A DNA stretch of 64,000 nt from Prevotella sp. (GTDB lineage Bacteria > Bacteroidota > Bacteroidia > Bacteroidales > Bacteroidaceae), in assembly GCA_017934525.1 (NCBI GenBank), contig JAGBJJ010000031.1:14184-78183 (forward strand), given 5' to 3'. Under the pieces are notes generated by a model that did no database searches, was not told the origin of the DNA, and saw only the letters and a program-made list of their open reading frames with translations. This document shows positions 1 to 10,159 of the stretch, one piece after another. A program made the translations under genes and the position numbers. Positions within the stretch are counted from its first letter, which is position 1, and each line of letters starts with the position of its first letter.

Positions 1-37
1 TGTCATTTGCCGAGGGAGGGCTTCATCCCCGCTGGCG

Positions 38-895
38 TCATGCCTCAGTCAGTTTTTTGATACATTCGGCCAGCGACTCCTCCCAGTACGGAATCTCCAG
101 GCCGTAGGTCTGCTTGATTTTCGATTTGTCGAGCACTGAGTAGTGGGGCCTGCTGGCAGGCGTGGGATACTCCGACGTGAGCAACGGCCTCACCTGGCAG
201 CCGCCGATATGAGCCAGCCGGTGGATGGCCTTGGTGAAGTCGTACCACGAGATGACGCCCTCATCGCTGAAGTGATAAATGCCGGGCACGATGCCCTTCT
301 CTACAGCGGCAAAGATGGCCACGGCCAAATCGCGCGCATAAGTGGGTGTGCCCACCTGGTCGAAGATGACCCCCAGCTGCTCTTTCTCCCTGCCGAGCCG
401 CATCATGGTCTTCACGAAGTTGGCCCCGTAGGTACTGTAGAGCCAGGCCGTGCGTATTATCATCGAGTTGGGGCACAGCTTACTGACCCGGCGCTCGCCC
501 TCGAGCTTCGTACGGCCATACACAGAGTTGGGGCAGACGGGGTCGGTCTCCACATAGGGCCGATGATTGGTGCCGTCGAAGACATAGTCGGTCGACACCT
601 GAATCATCCAGCCTCCGCGGTCGGCAATAGCCTCGGCCAGATAGCCCGGAGCAACGGCATTCAGCAGCCGGCAGAGCTCTTCGTTAGACTCTGCCTTGTC
701 TACGGCGGTATAGGCCGCGCAGTTCACTATTCCATCGATGGCGTTGTCGGCCACAAAGCGCCCGATGGCGGCAGCATCGGTGATGTCGAGCTCCTGCACG
801 TCTGTATTGAAAAAGGTATGGCGCGGATGTTGCTTCTGCAACACCTGCATCTCGTTGCCCAGCTGGCCGTTGCAGCCTGTGATAAGAATATTCAT
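38..895 (-). CDS. rfbD: dTDP-4-dehydrorhamnose reductase
   Basis: N-terminal GxxGQLG Rossmann motif, NCAAYTAVD, STDYVFDG and catalytic YGRTK (YxxxK). Confidence 0.95.
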   Translation of the reverse strand: MNILITGCNGQLGNEMQVLQKQHPRHTFFNTDVQELDITDAAAIGRFVADNAIDGIVNCAAYTAVDKAESNEELCRLLNAVAPGYLAEAIADRGGWMIQVSTDYVFDGTNHRPYVETDPVCPNSVYGRTKLEGERRVSKLCPNSMIIRTAWLYSTYGANFVKTMMRLGREKEQLGVIFDQVGTPTYARDLAVAIFAAVEKGIVPGIYHFSDEGVISWYDFTKAIHRLAHIGGCQVRPLLTSEYPTPASRPHYSVLDKSKIKQTYGLEIPYWEESLAECIKKLTEA

Positions 896-900
896 GGGGT

Positions 901-1443
901 TCAGAATTCAAGTGGTTCCTCTTTGTCTTTTTTGTAATAGTCGCTCAGCATGCCTATGAATGTGGATATCTCCTCTACGGCATGCTGTGTGTTGGTAGAC
1001 ACCTCTTTCTTCTGCAGCCGCAGCAGCATGACGCCATAGAGTGAGTTCAAACATGTCTCTATTTCGTTCTCGTCTTTGCTGGCCCCGCGGTTGCGCAACT
1101 CTACAATGAAGGGCAGCACTTTGTAGTAAGCCGCATTGTAGAAAGGATACTTCGGCGATGCCAGCAACTGGCTGTGAAGGTCTTCCAGCAGCTGCAGCGT
1201 CACCTTGTTAATCTGCAGGTGGCCGTGCTCTCGGCAGCCTTCTTCGTTCATCATCCTGATGAGGTTGCCATACCAGTCGGCCTCGTCTTCCTTCTGCTCG
1301 TCGGTGTAGTCAAAGCGGTCGATATATTCTCTCTTTATTCGCCCGAGTGAACAGCCGAAGGCTCTGATGGTGTCTTCCACCTGCCACATATAGAGCAGGT
1401 ATTCTGCTATGTTCGATTTACGTAGCTCTTGTGCAATAAACAT
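901..1443 (-). CDS. Conserved Bacteroidetes protein (DUF4924-like)
   Basis: NIAEYLLYMWQVED N-terminus; co-directional with rfbD, 5 nt gap. Confidence 0.75.
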   Translation of the reverse strand: MFIAQELRKSNIAEYLLYMWQVEDTIRAFGCSLGRIKREYIDRFDYTDEQKEDEADWYGNLIRMMNEEGCREHGHLQINKVTLQLLEDLHSQLLASPKYPFYNAAYYKVLPFIVELRNRGASKDENEIETCLNSLYGVMLLRLQKKEVSTNTQHAVEEISTFIGMLSDYYKKDKEEPLEF

Positions 1444-1455
1444 ACTGATGGCGGT

Positions 1456-2118
1456 CTAAAAAATACGATAGAGATTGGTCACGGTGCCCACCAGCATGAT
1501 GAGCGAGCCGATGATGACGGCCACACCTATGGCCTGGTTGATGATGCGTATGCCGTTTTCGTCAAACTTTGTCCTGATCTTGTCCACCAGCCATGTCAGC
1601 CCCCACCACCACAGCAGAGCGCCTGCCACGATGCTGAGGAAGCCCACCACCATCTCAAACGGATGGTCGCTGATGACGAATGCAAACTGCGCATAGAGGG
1701 CAAGGAAAAGAAAGATGATGAGCGGGTTCGACAGGGTCACCAGGAAAGCCGTCAGCCCGTTGTGCATCAGCGTGCCCTTCTGGTGCCCCGACCTATGCAT
1801 GTTCTTCGTTGGATCAGTGCGATAGGTGTAGCAGCCGAAGGCCAGAAGCATCAGACTGCCGATGATCTGCAGGTAGAAGCGGTGCTGCTTGTCGTCGACA
1901 AAGTCCACCACCAGACTCATGCCCAGCCCGGTGACGCCGGCATAGATGATGTCGCTGAGCGCAGCGCCGCAGCCCGTCACGAAGCCATACCAGCGCCCTT
2001 TGTTGAGTGTGCGCTGCACGCAGAGCACGCCTACGGGCCCCATCGGAGCCGAAGCTATCACCCCAATGAGCATGCCTTTAAAGATAAAATCCAATATGTT
2101 AGGGACCTCGAAATGCAT
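1456..2118 (-). CDS. LysE family amino-acid efflux transporter
   Basis: APMGPVGVLCVQRTL and LSNP motifs; multiple hydrophobic helices. Confidence 0.85.
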   Translation of the reverse strand: MHFEVPNILDFIFKGMLIGVIASAPMGPVGVLCVQRTLNKGRWYGFVTGCGAALSDIIYAGVTGLGMSLVVDFVDDKQHRFYLQIIGSLMLLAFGCYTYRTDPTKNMHRSGHQKGTLMHNGLTAFLVTLSNPLIIFLFLALYAQFAFVISDHPFEMVVGFLSIVAGALLWWWGLTWLVDKIRTKFDENGIRIINQAIGVAVIIGSLIMLVGTVTNLYRIF

Positions 2119-2250
2119 AGTGCCTGCAAAGGTACAAATAAAAAACGAGAGTTGGGCTCTGTGCGACTAACTTTTTTTTGCCTGCGCATAAATAATGTTA
2201 AATAAGCAGAATTATCAAGCCGCAGCATCAGCCTACTGTTTTTTTTTCAG

Positions 2251-2258
2251 TACCTTTG
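2251..2258 (+). promoter_or_regulatory. Bacteroidetes primary-sigma -7 element (TACCTTTG) for the ROK kinase gene
   Basis: Matches TAnnTTTG, 35 nt upstream of the ATG at 2294. Confidence 0.6.
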
Positions 2259-2293
2259 CAAGAAATAACGATAACTACAAAAACCATTTTATT

Positions 2294-3268
2294 ATGAACG
2301 AACAGACTGTGATAAAGCCATACGTGATTGGCTTGGACTTGGGAGGCACGAACTCTGTGTTCGGCATTGTCGACTCGCGTGGCGAGATAAAAGCCACTAC
2401 GGCCATCAAGACGGGGCTCTACAAGACGGTAGACGAATATGTGGATGCCTCGGTGAATGCCCTGATGCCCATCATCGAGGAAGTGGGCGGCATTGACACT
2501 ATCAAAGCCATGGGCATTGGCGCGCCTAACGGCAACTATTATAATGGCACCATCGAGTTTGCCCCCAACCTGCCCTGGGCTCACAACGGCGTAGTGCCTC
2601 TGGCCAAGATGTTCAGCGACAAGCTGGGCGTGCCTGTGGCGCTGACCAACGACGCCAACGCAGCCGCCATCGGCGAGATGGTCTATGGTGTGGCACGCGG
2701 CATGAAGAACTTCATCGTCATCACACTCGGCACGGGTGTAGGCTCGGGCATCGTGGTCAACGGACAGCTGCTCTACGGCTGCGACGGTTTTGCCGGCGAG
2801 CTGGGCCACGTCATCGTGGAGAAAAACGGCCGCCCGTGCGGCTGTGGGCGCAAGGGCTGCCTGGAAGCCTACTGCTCGGCCACCGGCGTGGCTCGCACGG
2901 CACGCGAGTTGCTCGCCACCACCGACCGCCCATCGCTGCTGCGCGACATGAAGCCTGAAGACATCACGTCGCTCGACGTGTCGATTGCTGCCGGCAAGGG
3001 CGATGAGCTGGCCAACGAGATATACGAATTCACCGGCCACATGCTCGGCGAGGCTTGCGCCAACTTCGCTGCCTTCTCCAGCCCCGAGGCATTCATCTTC
3101 TTCGGCGGCATGACGAAGGCCGGCGAGCTCATCATGAAGCCCATCCGCGAGAGCTATGAAGAGAACGTGCTGAAGATTTTCAAGGGCAAGGCCAAGTTCC
3201 TTGTCAGCGTGCTCGACGGCTCGTCGGCTGCCGTGCTCGGCGCCTCGGCCGTAGGTTGGGAGATTTGA
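2294..3268 (+). CDS. glk: ROK family glucokinase
   Basis: DLGGTN, NDANAAA, GTGVG, GELGH and CGCGRKGCLE Zn motif; start moved to ATG 2294, downstream of the promoter. Confidence 0.9.
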   Translation: MNEQTVIKPYVIGLDLGGTNSVFGIVDSRGEIKATTAIKTGLYKTVDEYVDASVNALMPIIEEVGGIDTIKAMGIGAPNGNYYNGTIEFAPNLPWAHNGVVPLAKMFSDKLGVPVALTNDANAAAIGEMVYGVARGMKNFIVITLGTGVGSGIVVNGQLLYGCDGFAGELGHVIVEKNGRPCGCGRKGCLEAYCSATGVARTARELLATTDRPSLLRDMKPEDITSLDVSIAAGKGDELANEIYEFTGHMLGEACANFAAFSSPEAFIFFGGMTKAGELIMKPIRESYEENVLKIFKGKAKFLVSVLDGSSAAVLGASAVGWEI

Positions 3269-3322
3269 TTTCGGCAGACAGACACGGCTCGTGCGTGACA
3301 ACAACGTGGCCGAACGCTCATA

Positions 3323-3361
3323 GCAAAGGGGCACATCTTTGGCAGAGATGTGCCCCTTTGC
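3323..3361. terminator. Perfect 16-bp inverted repeat between convergent glk and nadE
   Basis: GCAAAGGGGCACATCT ... AGATGTGCCCCTTTGC. Confidence 0.6.
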
Positions 3362-3494
3362 CATGGGTGATGTGGCTCATCGACGACAGTCTTCGGTGCC
3401 GTTGCTTCATTGCACCCGTCACCTTGCCTGCCGGAGGCTTTAGCTACCATGATTCTGAGTCGCTCCGCCGCATCGTAATTTTGGCCGGAATTTT

Positions 3495-3531
3495 AAAAAA
3501 AACGGCCGAAATCGCTTCAATTTCGGCCGTT
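3495..3531 (-). terminator. Intrinsic terminator of nadE
   Basis: 12-bp stem AACGGCCGAAAT/ATTTCGGCCGTT with an A8 run (U tract on the minus strand). Confidence 0.7.
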
Positions 3532-3559
3532 ATTCATCAGCAAGTCGCACGTTTCGTCA

Positions 3560-5482
3560 TCATAACTCTTCGCACTCCTTCAGCCAAAGAGCACCGGAAG
3601 CATCGCTGGGCATGCGCCAGTCGCCCCGCGGCGACAGGCTCACGCTGCCCACCTTCGGGCCGTCGGGCAGACAGCTGCGCTTAAACTGCTGGTTGAAGAA
3701 GCGTCGGAAGAATGTGGTGAGCCACTTCTTGATGGTCTCGTCTCCGTATTTGCCACCGAAGGCATGCTGCGCCAGCATGAATATCTTTGACGGACGGAAG
3801 CCCGCGCGCAGATGATAGTAGAGAAAGAAGTCGTGCAACTCGTAGGGCCCCACAAGGTCTTCAGTCTTCTGGGCAATGTTGCCATCGGCATCGGCAGGCG
3901 TCAGTTCTGGCGAAATCGGCGTGTCTACAACGTCGATGAGCACAGCTCGCTGAGCCTCGAAGTCAGGCAGCTGGGCAGCATAGCGTATCAGATACTGCAC
4001 AAGCGTCTTGGGCACACCGCTGTTGACGCCGTACATCGACATGTGGTCGCCGTTGTAGGTGCACCAACCCAAGGCCAGCTCCGACAGGTCGCCCGTGCCG
4101 ATGACCATACCTCCCACCTGGTTGGCCACGTCCATCAGTATCTGGGTGCGCTCACGAGCCTGCGAGTTCTCGTAGGTCACGTCATGACTCTGTCCGTCAT
4201 GGCCGATATCCTCGAAATGCTGCGTGACGGCTTTGGCAATACTGATTTCCCGCTGGGTGATGCCCAGCGTCTGCATCAGGCTGACGGCATTGTCGTGCGT
4301 GCGGTCGGTGGTGCCGAAGCCCGGCATGGTGATGCCGATGATGCCCTTGCGCGAAAGCGCCAGCTTGTCGAAGGCCCTCACCACCACGAGCAGTGCGAGC
4401 GTGGAGTCCAGCCCGCCGCTGATGCCAATGACGGCCTTGTCGCAGTGGGTGTGCTGCAGCCGCTTGCAGAGGCCCATGGTCTGTATGTTGAGTATCTCCT
4501 CGCAGCTCGACTCCATCTGAGTACCCTGCGGAATAAACGGGTGGGGACTGACTGGGCGCAGCAATTCGAAGTCGCGAGGCTCCACGAGTTTCGTCTCCAC
4601 CACCTTGGCGTGGGCCCCGTCTTGGGCCGTGCGGAAGGTGGTGTTATTCTGGCGCTCCAGCCGCAGGCGCTCCACGTCAATCTGCTGTATCTGCATCTGT
4701 GCGCCGACGTCGAAGCGCCGTCCCTCGGCCAGACAGCGGCCGTTCTCGAAGATCATGGCATTGCCGCCGTAGACCACGTCTTGCGTCGACTCGCCGAAAC
4801 CACAGCTTGCGTAGACGTAGCCGCATATCATGCGGGCGCTCTGCTGGGCCAGCAGCGAGAAGAGATAGTCGTGCTTGCCTATCAGCTCGTCGGAGGCCGA
4901 GAGGTTGACCACGATGTCGGCTCCGGCCAGAGCCAAGTTATTGCTCGGTGGCAGCGGAGCCCACACGTCTTCACATATCTCTATGCCGAAGCATACCCCG
5001 TCGCACGTACGGAAAATCTGCGGTTCCGACGATATATGCACAGGCGTGCCGGCTATATAGAAGTCCTGTTCCTGCAGGTCGGTGGCAGAGGCAAACCAGC
5101 GTTTCTCGTAGAACTCGTTGTAGTTCGGGAGATATGTCTTAGCTACAATGCCGAGCAGGCAGCCGCGCTGCACCACTGCGGCACAGTTGTAGAGCAGCGA
5201 ACCGACGCGCACAGGGAGGCCTACCACCGAGATGACGTCGAGCTTCCGCGTAAAGTCGAGCAGCTTGAGCAGGCCCTCCTCGGCCTTGTCTGTAAGCATC
5301 TGCAGGCGGAACAAATCCTGGCAGGTGTAGCCCGTAAGACTCAGTTCGGGAAAAACGAGCAGCTCCACGCCGCGGCCCTCGGCCTGGGCAATGAGGCTTT
5401 CCATCTGCTCTACATTGTAGTTCACATCAGCCACCCGCACACCCGGTATCGCGGCGGCCACCTTTATCAGTCCGTATTTCAT
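3560..5482 (-). CDS. nadE: Glutamine-dependent NAD+ synthetase
   Basis: Nitrilase domain (FPEL, EKRW, EICED) fused to NAD synthase domain (SGGLDS, ENSQARER, FKRSCLPDGP). Confidence 0.95.
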   Translation of the reverse strand: MKYGLIKVAAAIPGVRVADVNYNVEQMESLIAQAEGRGVELLVFPELSLTGYTCQDLFRLQMLTDKAEEGLLKLLDFTRKLDVISVVGLPVRVGSLLYNCAAVVQRGCLLGIVAKTYLPNYNEFYEKRWFASATDLQEQDFYIAGTPVHISSEPQIFRTCDGVCFGIEICEDVWAPLPPSNNLALAGADIVVNLSASDELIGKHDYLFSLLAQQSARMICGYVYASCGFGESTQDVVYGGNAMIFENGRCLAEGRRFDVGAQMQIQQIDVERLRLERQNNTTFRTAQDGAHAKVVETKLVEPRDFELLRPVSPHPFIPQGTQMESSCEEILNIQTMGLCKRLQHTHCDKAVIGISGGLDSTLALLVVVRAFDKLALSRKGIIGITMPGFGTTDRTHDNAVSLMQTLGITQREISIAKAVTQHFEDIGHDGQSHDVTYENSQARERTQILMDVANQVGGMVIGTGDLSELALGWCTYNGDHMSMYGVNSGVPKTLVQYLIRYAAQLPDFEAQRAVLIDVVDTPISPELTPADADGNIAQKTEDLVGPYELHDFFLYYHLRAGFRPSKIFMLAQHAFGGKYGDETIKKWLTTFFRRFFNQQFKRSCLPDGPKVGSVSLSPRGDWRMPSDASGALWLKECEEL

Positions 5483-5510
5483 AGTGTAAATTGGTTGAAG
5501 CGGTTTGTTG

Positions 5511-6569
5511 TCAGCGTATGGTCACCTGGGTTGCCCCGTAGCCATATTCGCGGAACGAGGCGTCCTGATAGGTGTATTGCTTGTAGCGATACTGCAGCTC
5601 GTTGACCAGGGCCTTGCGGAGCACGCCTTCGCCCTTGCCGTGGATAAACACAATCTTCGTGCCGTGTTTCTTCTCATGCTCCTTCAGCGTCTTGCGAAAC
5701 ACGTCGAGCTGGTAGTTAAGGATGTCTGAGGCCGACATGCCTGCCGTCGTTTCAAGCAGCTCGGCGGCGTGCAGGTCTACCACCACTGGGTCGCCAGGGT
5801 TGCGCGAGGGCGTAACCATCGGCCGTTTGGCAGGCTCGTCACTCTTCTGATACATGCTTGCCTTCAGCTGCTGCGCATCGATGCTGAGCGAACGGGCGGG
5901 CCTGTCGTTCTCAATGATAGTATAGACGAGGGCCGGCTGCTCAAAATACACGCTGGGCTGGAAGGTGTGAAGCTTATAGAACTTCACGGGGTCGAGGCGC
6001 AGCTGCACGTCAACAACCGGTTTCATGAGGTATGTTTTCTCGCGCTTATAGGCTAATATCTGTACGGCCACACGCTCCATCGAGTTGAGATCCTCACGCC
6101 CGAACTCTTCCAGAAACACCTGCATGTTGGGCTCCACCTCGGCCGTCTCGCGCAGCCGCCAGCCGGCGCCCTCGGCTGTCATGTAGGTGAAGCGCATGTA
6201 GTAGTTGGAGTCGTTGACGAAGTAGGTTTCAAAGCGTGTCTGCGATAGTTCCTTCACGTCGATGGGCACAAAGGCCAGATAGGCCGACAGCTGGTCGCCG
6301 CCCTTGCGGTCTTGCGGCTTGGCCTTGAATGTGACAGGCCGGTCGGCAGGCTCCAATTCACGCTCGGCGGGCTTACTCATGCGCTGCTTTACTTCCACCA
6401 CATGCGATGTGTCATAGTCTTCGTTGCCCACAACCACCACTTCGCTTATTCGCATAGGCACCTGGAAGCCGTCTTCATCTTCCACCAGCACAATGTCTTT
6501 GGCCTGGAATCCTGCCACGCGGCCGCCTCCCACCTCACTCAGAAATCTTACTTTATCTCCTATTTTCAT
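5511..6569 (-). CDS. DUF2027 / Smr-domain protein
   Basis: N-terminal KOW-like MKIGDKVRFL; C-terminal Smr domain with VDLH and IHGKGEGVLR. Confidence 0.85.
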   Translation of the reverse strand: MKIGDKVRFLSEVGGGRVAGFQAKDIVLVEDEDGFQVPMRISEVVVVGNEDYDTSHVVEVKQRMSKPAERELEPADRPVTFKAKPQDRKGGDQLSAYLAFVPIDVKELSQTRFETYFVNDSNYYMRFTYMTAEGAGWRLRETAEVEPNMQVFLEEFGREDLNSMERVAVQILAYKREKTYLMKPVVDVQLRLDPVKFYKLHTFQPSVYFEQPALVYTIIENDRPARSLSIDAQQLKASMYQKSDEPAKRPMVTPSRNPGDPVVVDLHAAELLETTAGMSASDILNYQLDVFRKTLKEHEKKHGTKIVFIHGKGEGVLRKALVNELQYRYKQYTYQDASFREYGYGATQVTIR

Positions 6570-6592
6570 TTTTCTTCTATGTCGTTGTTCTG

Positions 6593-6979
6593 TCAGTTGC
6601 CATAATCGTCTTTCGTAAGTAGCGCCTCGAAGAGCACCACGTCGGGATTCTTCTCCGACCTGTATTCGTAGCTGAAGCTGTAGCCGTGCTCGCGATATAC
6701 TCTATAGGTAGGCTCGTTTTTCAGCTCGTCGATAAGGCTGGATCTCAGCAGGTCGAAATCCAGACCATCGTGGTCGGCATCACCCGTGAGGCGGAAGTAG
6801 CGTTTCAGCGTGCGGGTGGGCACATCAAACACCATGCTGTCGAGCACCTGCATGCCTATCTGCATGGGGCAACGCTCTGCCGTAAACTTCTTTGCTTGCT
6901 GAGCCGTGCGCTCTTCAAGAGACTCCTGGCAGCCTGCAAGCATCACTGCACAAACAGCGAGTATGAGATTTTTCTTCAT
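6593..6979 (-). CDS. Hypothetical lipoprotein
   Basis: MKKNLILAVCAVMLAGC lipobox; start moved to 6979, downstream of the -7 element at about 7012. Confidence 0.75.
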   Translation of the reverse strand: MKKNLILAVCAVMLAGCQESLEERTAQQAKKFTAERCPMQIGMQVLDSMVFDVPTRTLKRYFRLTGDADHDGLDFDLLRSSLIDELKNEPTYRVYREHGYSFSYEYRSEKNPDVVLFEALLTKDDYGN

Positions 6980-7173
6980 ATTATTACAGATTCTGTTGTC
7001 GTTTCCGATTGCAAAGGTAGTGTAAAAATCTGAGTCTCTGAGTGTAATGCGACACATTTTCACGATTTTTTAATATTCCATCAAAAAAAAAACAATAACC
7101 AAGGTTGTTTATTCAATAAATTTGCTTACCTTTGCCGGACATTTAAATCTGATTAATACAAGACACTACTTTT

Positions 7174-8679
7174 ATGAACAATGACATCCTGACGATGAAT
7201 GCCAACCCTGTGGTGGCATTTCTTCAGAAGCCTGCAGAGGCACTGACAAAGGCAGACATTATTAAATATGTCCGCGAGAATGACATTCGCATGATTAACT
7301 TCATGTATCCCGGCGGCGACGGCAAGCTCAAAACGCTGAACTTTGTCATCACCAACCTACAATATCTCGACACTATTCTCACCTGCGGCGAGCGTGTCGA
7401 CGGCAGCAGCCTTTTCTCTTTCATCCAGGCCGGCTCGAGCGACCTCTATGTGCTGCCGCGTTTCCGCACCGCATTCCTCGACCCGTTTGCCGAGATTCCC
7501 ACCCTGTCAATGCTGTGCTCGTTCTTCGACAAAGACGGCCAGCCGCTGGCCAGCGCACCGGAGCAGACGCTGCGCAAGGCCTCGGAGGCATTCAAGAAGG
7601 TCACCGGCATGCAGTTTGAAGCCATGGGTGAGCTGGAATACTACGTCATTTCTGCCGACGAGGAGGTGTTCCCTGCCATCGACCAGCACGGATACCATGA
7701 GTCTTCTCCCTATGCCAAGACCAATGCTTTCCGTACCAAGTGCATGCAATACATCGCCCAGACCGGCGGTCAGATTAAATATGGCCACTCGGAAGTGGGT
7801 AACTTCACACTCGAAGGTATGACCTACGAGCAGAACGAGATTGAATTCCTGCCCGTTCCCGTGGAGCAGGCTGCCGACCAGCTGATGCTTGCCAAGTGGG
7901 TGATTCGCAACCTGGCCTACGAAGAGGGCTACGATGTGACCTTCGCACCGAAGATTACATCAGGAAAAGCCGGCAGCGGTCTCCACATCCACATGCGCAT
8001 GACGAAAGACGGGCACAACCAGATGCTCGAGAATGGCGTGCTCTCAGAAAGCGCCCGCAAGATGATTGCAGGCATGATGGAGCTTGCTCCCGCCATCACG
8101 GCCTTCGGCAACAAGAACCCCACAAGTTACTTCCGTCTGGTGCCTCACCAGGAAGCTCCCACGAACGTATGCTGGGGCGACCGCAACCGTTCGGTGCTGG
8201 TGCGCGTGCCCTTAGGCTGGGCTGCCGGCGTCGACATGTCGGCCGTGGCTAATCCGCTAGAAGAGAAGATGAATCGCGACATGAGCGGCAAGCAGACCGT
8301 GGAGATGCGCTCGCCCGACGGCAGCGCCGACCTGTATCAGCTGCTGGCCGGACTGTGCGTGGCTTGCCGTCATGGCTTTGAGATGGACAATGCTCTCGAG
8401 GTGGCAGAGCGCAACTATGTGAACGTGAATATTCACGATGCCAAGAACGCTGACCGCCTGGCTCAGCTGGCACAGCTGCCCGACTCGTGCGTTGCTTCGG
8501 CTGCATGCCTCGAGAAGCTGCGCCACGTCTTTGAGGAGTACGACGTGTTCAGCCCTGCCATGATCGACGGAATCATTGCCCAGCTGCGTGCCTTCAACGA
8601 CACAACGCTCCGTGCCGACATTGCCGACAAGCCCGAGGAGATTCTGAAGCTCGTGGAGCAGTACTTCCACTGCGGATAA
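7174..8679 (+). CDS. glnA: Glutamine synthetase, type I-like
   Basis: DGSS, ELEYY, HSEVG, QNEIE, FAPK, GSGLHIH, NRSVLVRVP and EMRSPD motifs; TACCTTTG at 7127. Confidence 0.88.
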   Translation: MNNDILTMNANPVVAFLQKPAEALTKADIIKYVRENDIRMINFMYPGGDGKLKTLNFVITNLQYLDTILTCGERVDGSSLFSFIQAGSSDLYVLPRFRTAFLDPFAEIPTLSMLCSFFDKDGQPLASAPEQTLRKASEAFKKVTGMQFEAMGELEYYVISADEEVFPAIDQHGYHESSPYAKTNAFRTKCMQYIAQTGGQIKYGHSEVGNFTLEGMTYEQNEIEFLPVPVEQAADQLMLAKWVIRNLAYEEGYDVTFAPKITSGKAGSGLHIHMRMTKDGHNQMLENGVLSESARKMIAGMMELAPAITAFGNKNPTSYFRLVPHQEAPTNVCWGDRNRSVLVRVPLGWAAGVDMSAVANPLEEKMNRDMSGKQTVEMRSPDGSADLYQLLAGLCVACRHGFEMDNALEVAERNYVNVNIHDAKNADRLAQLAQLPDSCVASAACLEKLRHVFEEYDVFSPAMIDGIIAQLRAFNDTTLRADIADKPEEILKLVEQYFHCG

Positions 8680-8701
8680 TACGCTCTGCAAACCATAACA
8701 C

Positions 8702-8754
8702 AATTGGCACTAATGCCGGAGTCGCCCTCCTGACATTAGTGCCAATTTCTTTTA
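8702..8754 (+). terminator. Terminator hairpin between glnA and the convergent reductase gene
   Basis: AATTGGCACTAATG/CATTAGTGCCAATT stem followed by TCTTTT. Confidence 0.7.
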
Positions 8755-8769
8755 TCGCCGTCGGCAGAT

Positions 8770-10137
8770 CTATGCGTTCTGCTTCAGCTCTTCGATGAAC
8801 TGACCTATGCGCTGCAGCTCCATCGGGATGCGTATGTTCTGCGGACAATGCGGCATACACTGCCCACACTGTATGCAATGGTCGGGCTGACGGTCGCGTG
8901 CCACGGCGCGGTCAAGGCTGATAAGATAGCGTCGGCGGTTGGCCCGATAGCTGGCGTCGCCCGCATCGTCGGGCAGCCGACCCTCTATCTTCATCTTGTT
9001 GTAGTGCACGAAGATGCCGGGTATGTCAATCCCGTAAGGACATGGCATGCAGTATTTACAGTCATTGCAGGGTATGTTATCCTCCTCCATCATCTGATGG
9101 GCAATAGTTGTGTCGAGGAATCGCTGCTCCTCTTCAGTGAGAGGCACCAGCGGACAATAGGAAAGCAGGTTGTCTTTCAGGTGCTCCATAAACGTCATGC
9201 CGCTGAGCACCGTGAGCACACCCTCAGGAGTGCCTGCATACCGGAAAGCCCACGACGCCACACTGCGCTGCGGTTCGCGCTGCTTCAGCTCGCTGACCAC
9301 ATACTGGGGCACCTTGGCCAGGCGCCCGCCAAGCAGCGGCTCCATGATGACGGCCGGAATGTTGCGCTTGTGCAGCTCTTCATAGAGATAAGAGGCATCG
9401 GTGTTTCTCTCGTTGATTTCGTCGGCATAGTTCCAGTCGAGGTAGTTCAGCTCTATTTGCACGAAGTCCCAGTGGTACTTATCATTCTCGGAAAGCAGAT
9501 AGTCGAACACTTCAATCTCGCCATGATACGAGAAGCCAAGGTTCTTGATGCGTCCGGCCTCGCGTTCCTTTAGCATAAAGTCGAGCAGGCCATTGTCTAT
9601 GTAGCGGGCTTTCAGTGCCCTCATGCCCCCCATCCCGATGCCATGCATCAGATAATAGTCGATATAGTCTACCTGAAGCTCTTTCATCGAGTTGCGATAC
9701 ATCTGGATAGAGGCCTCACGCGTCTGAGTCGAGGGGTCGAAGTTTGAGAGCTTCGTGGCAATGAAGAACTTATTGCGCGGATGACGCTTCAAGGCGATGC
9801 CCGTGCAGTGCTCCGAGAGTCCGCGGCAGTACGTAGGCGACGTATCGAAATAGTTCAGCCCGTGTTCAATGGCATAGTCCACCTGGCGGTTGATCATGTC
9901 CTGGTCATATTCCTCACTGTTAGGCAACGTAGGCAGGCGCATCATTCCATAGCCAAGCAGCGAGACGGACTCTCCTGTTTTAGGATTCTTGCGATAAGTC
10001 ATTTGTCCCACAGGCGGTTCCACCAGCGATTCCTCTCCGCTGTTGCCCTTGCCTGCACAAGCAGCCAATGCTGCCACCGAACCTGCTCCCATCAGCTTAA
10101 GGAAGGAACGGCGTGAAATACTCTTATTATCGGTCAT
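8770..10137 (-). CDS. Aldo/keto reductase with C-terminal 4Fe-4S dicluster and Tat lipoprotein signal
   Basis: SRRSFLK, h-region and LAAC; AKR tetrad residues in YFDTSPTY, ATKL and LMH; CNDCKYCMPCP and CIQCGQCMPHCP. Confidence 0.88.
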   Translation of the reverse strand: MTDNKSISRRSFLKLMGAGSVAALAACAGKGNSGEESLVEPPVGQMTYRKNPKTGESVSLLGYGMMRLPTLPNSEEYDQDMINRQVDYAIEHGLNYFDTSPTYCRGLSEHCTGIALKRHPRNKFFIATKLSNFDPSTQTREASIQMYRNSMKELQVDYIDYYLMHGIGMGGMRALKARYIDNGLLDFMLKEREAGRIKNLGFSYHGEIEVFDYLLSENDKYHWDFVQIELNYLDWNYADEINERNTDASYLYEELHKRNIPAVIMEPLLGGRLAKVPQYVVSELKQREPQRSVASWAFRYAGTPEGVLTVLSGMTFMEHLKDNLLSYCPLVPLTEEEQRFLDTTIAHQMMEEDNIPCNDCKYCMPCPYGIDIPGIFVHYNKMKIEGRLPDDAGDASYRANRRRYLISLDRAVARDRQPDHCIQCGQCMPHCPQNIRIPMELQRIGQFIEELKQNA

Positions 10138-10159
10138 AGTCTTTTCTCTGTTCTTTGGA

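Noticed and set aside
3812-5605. 597-aa plus-strand ORF
   Set aside because: Antisense shadow of nadE, caused by GC3-rich codon bias; no recognisable motifs
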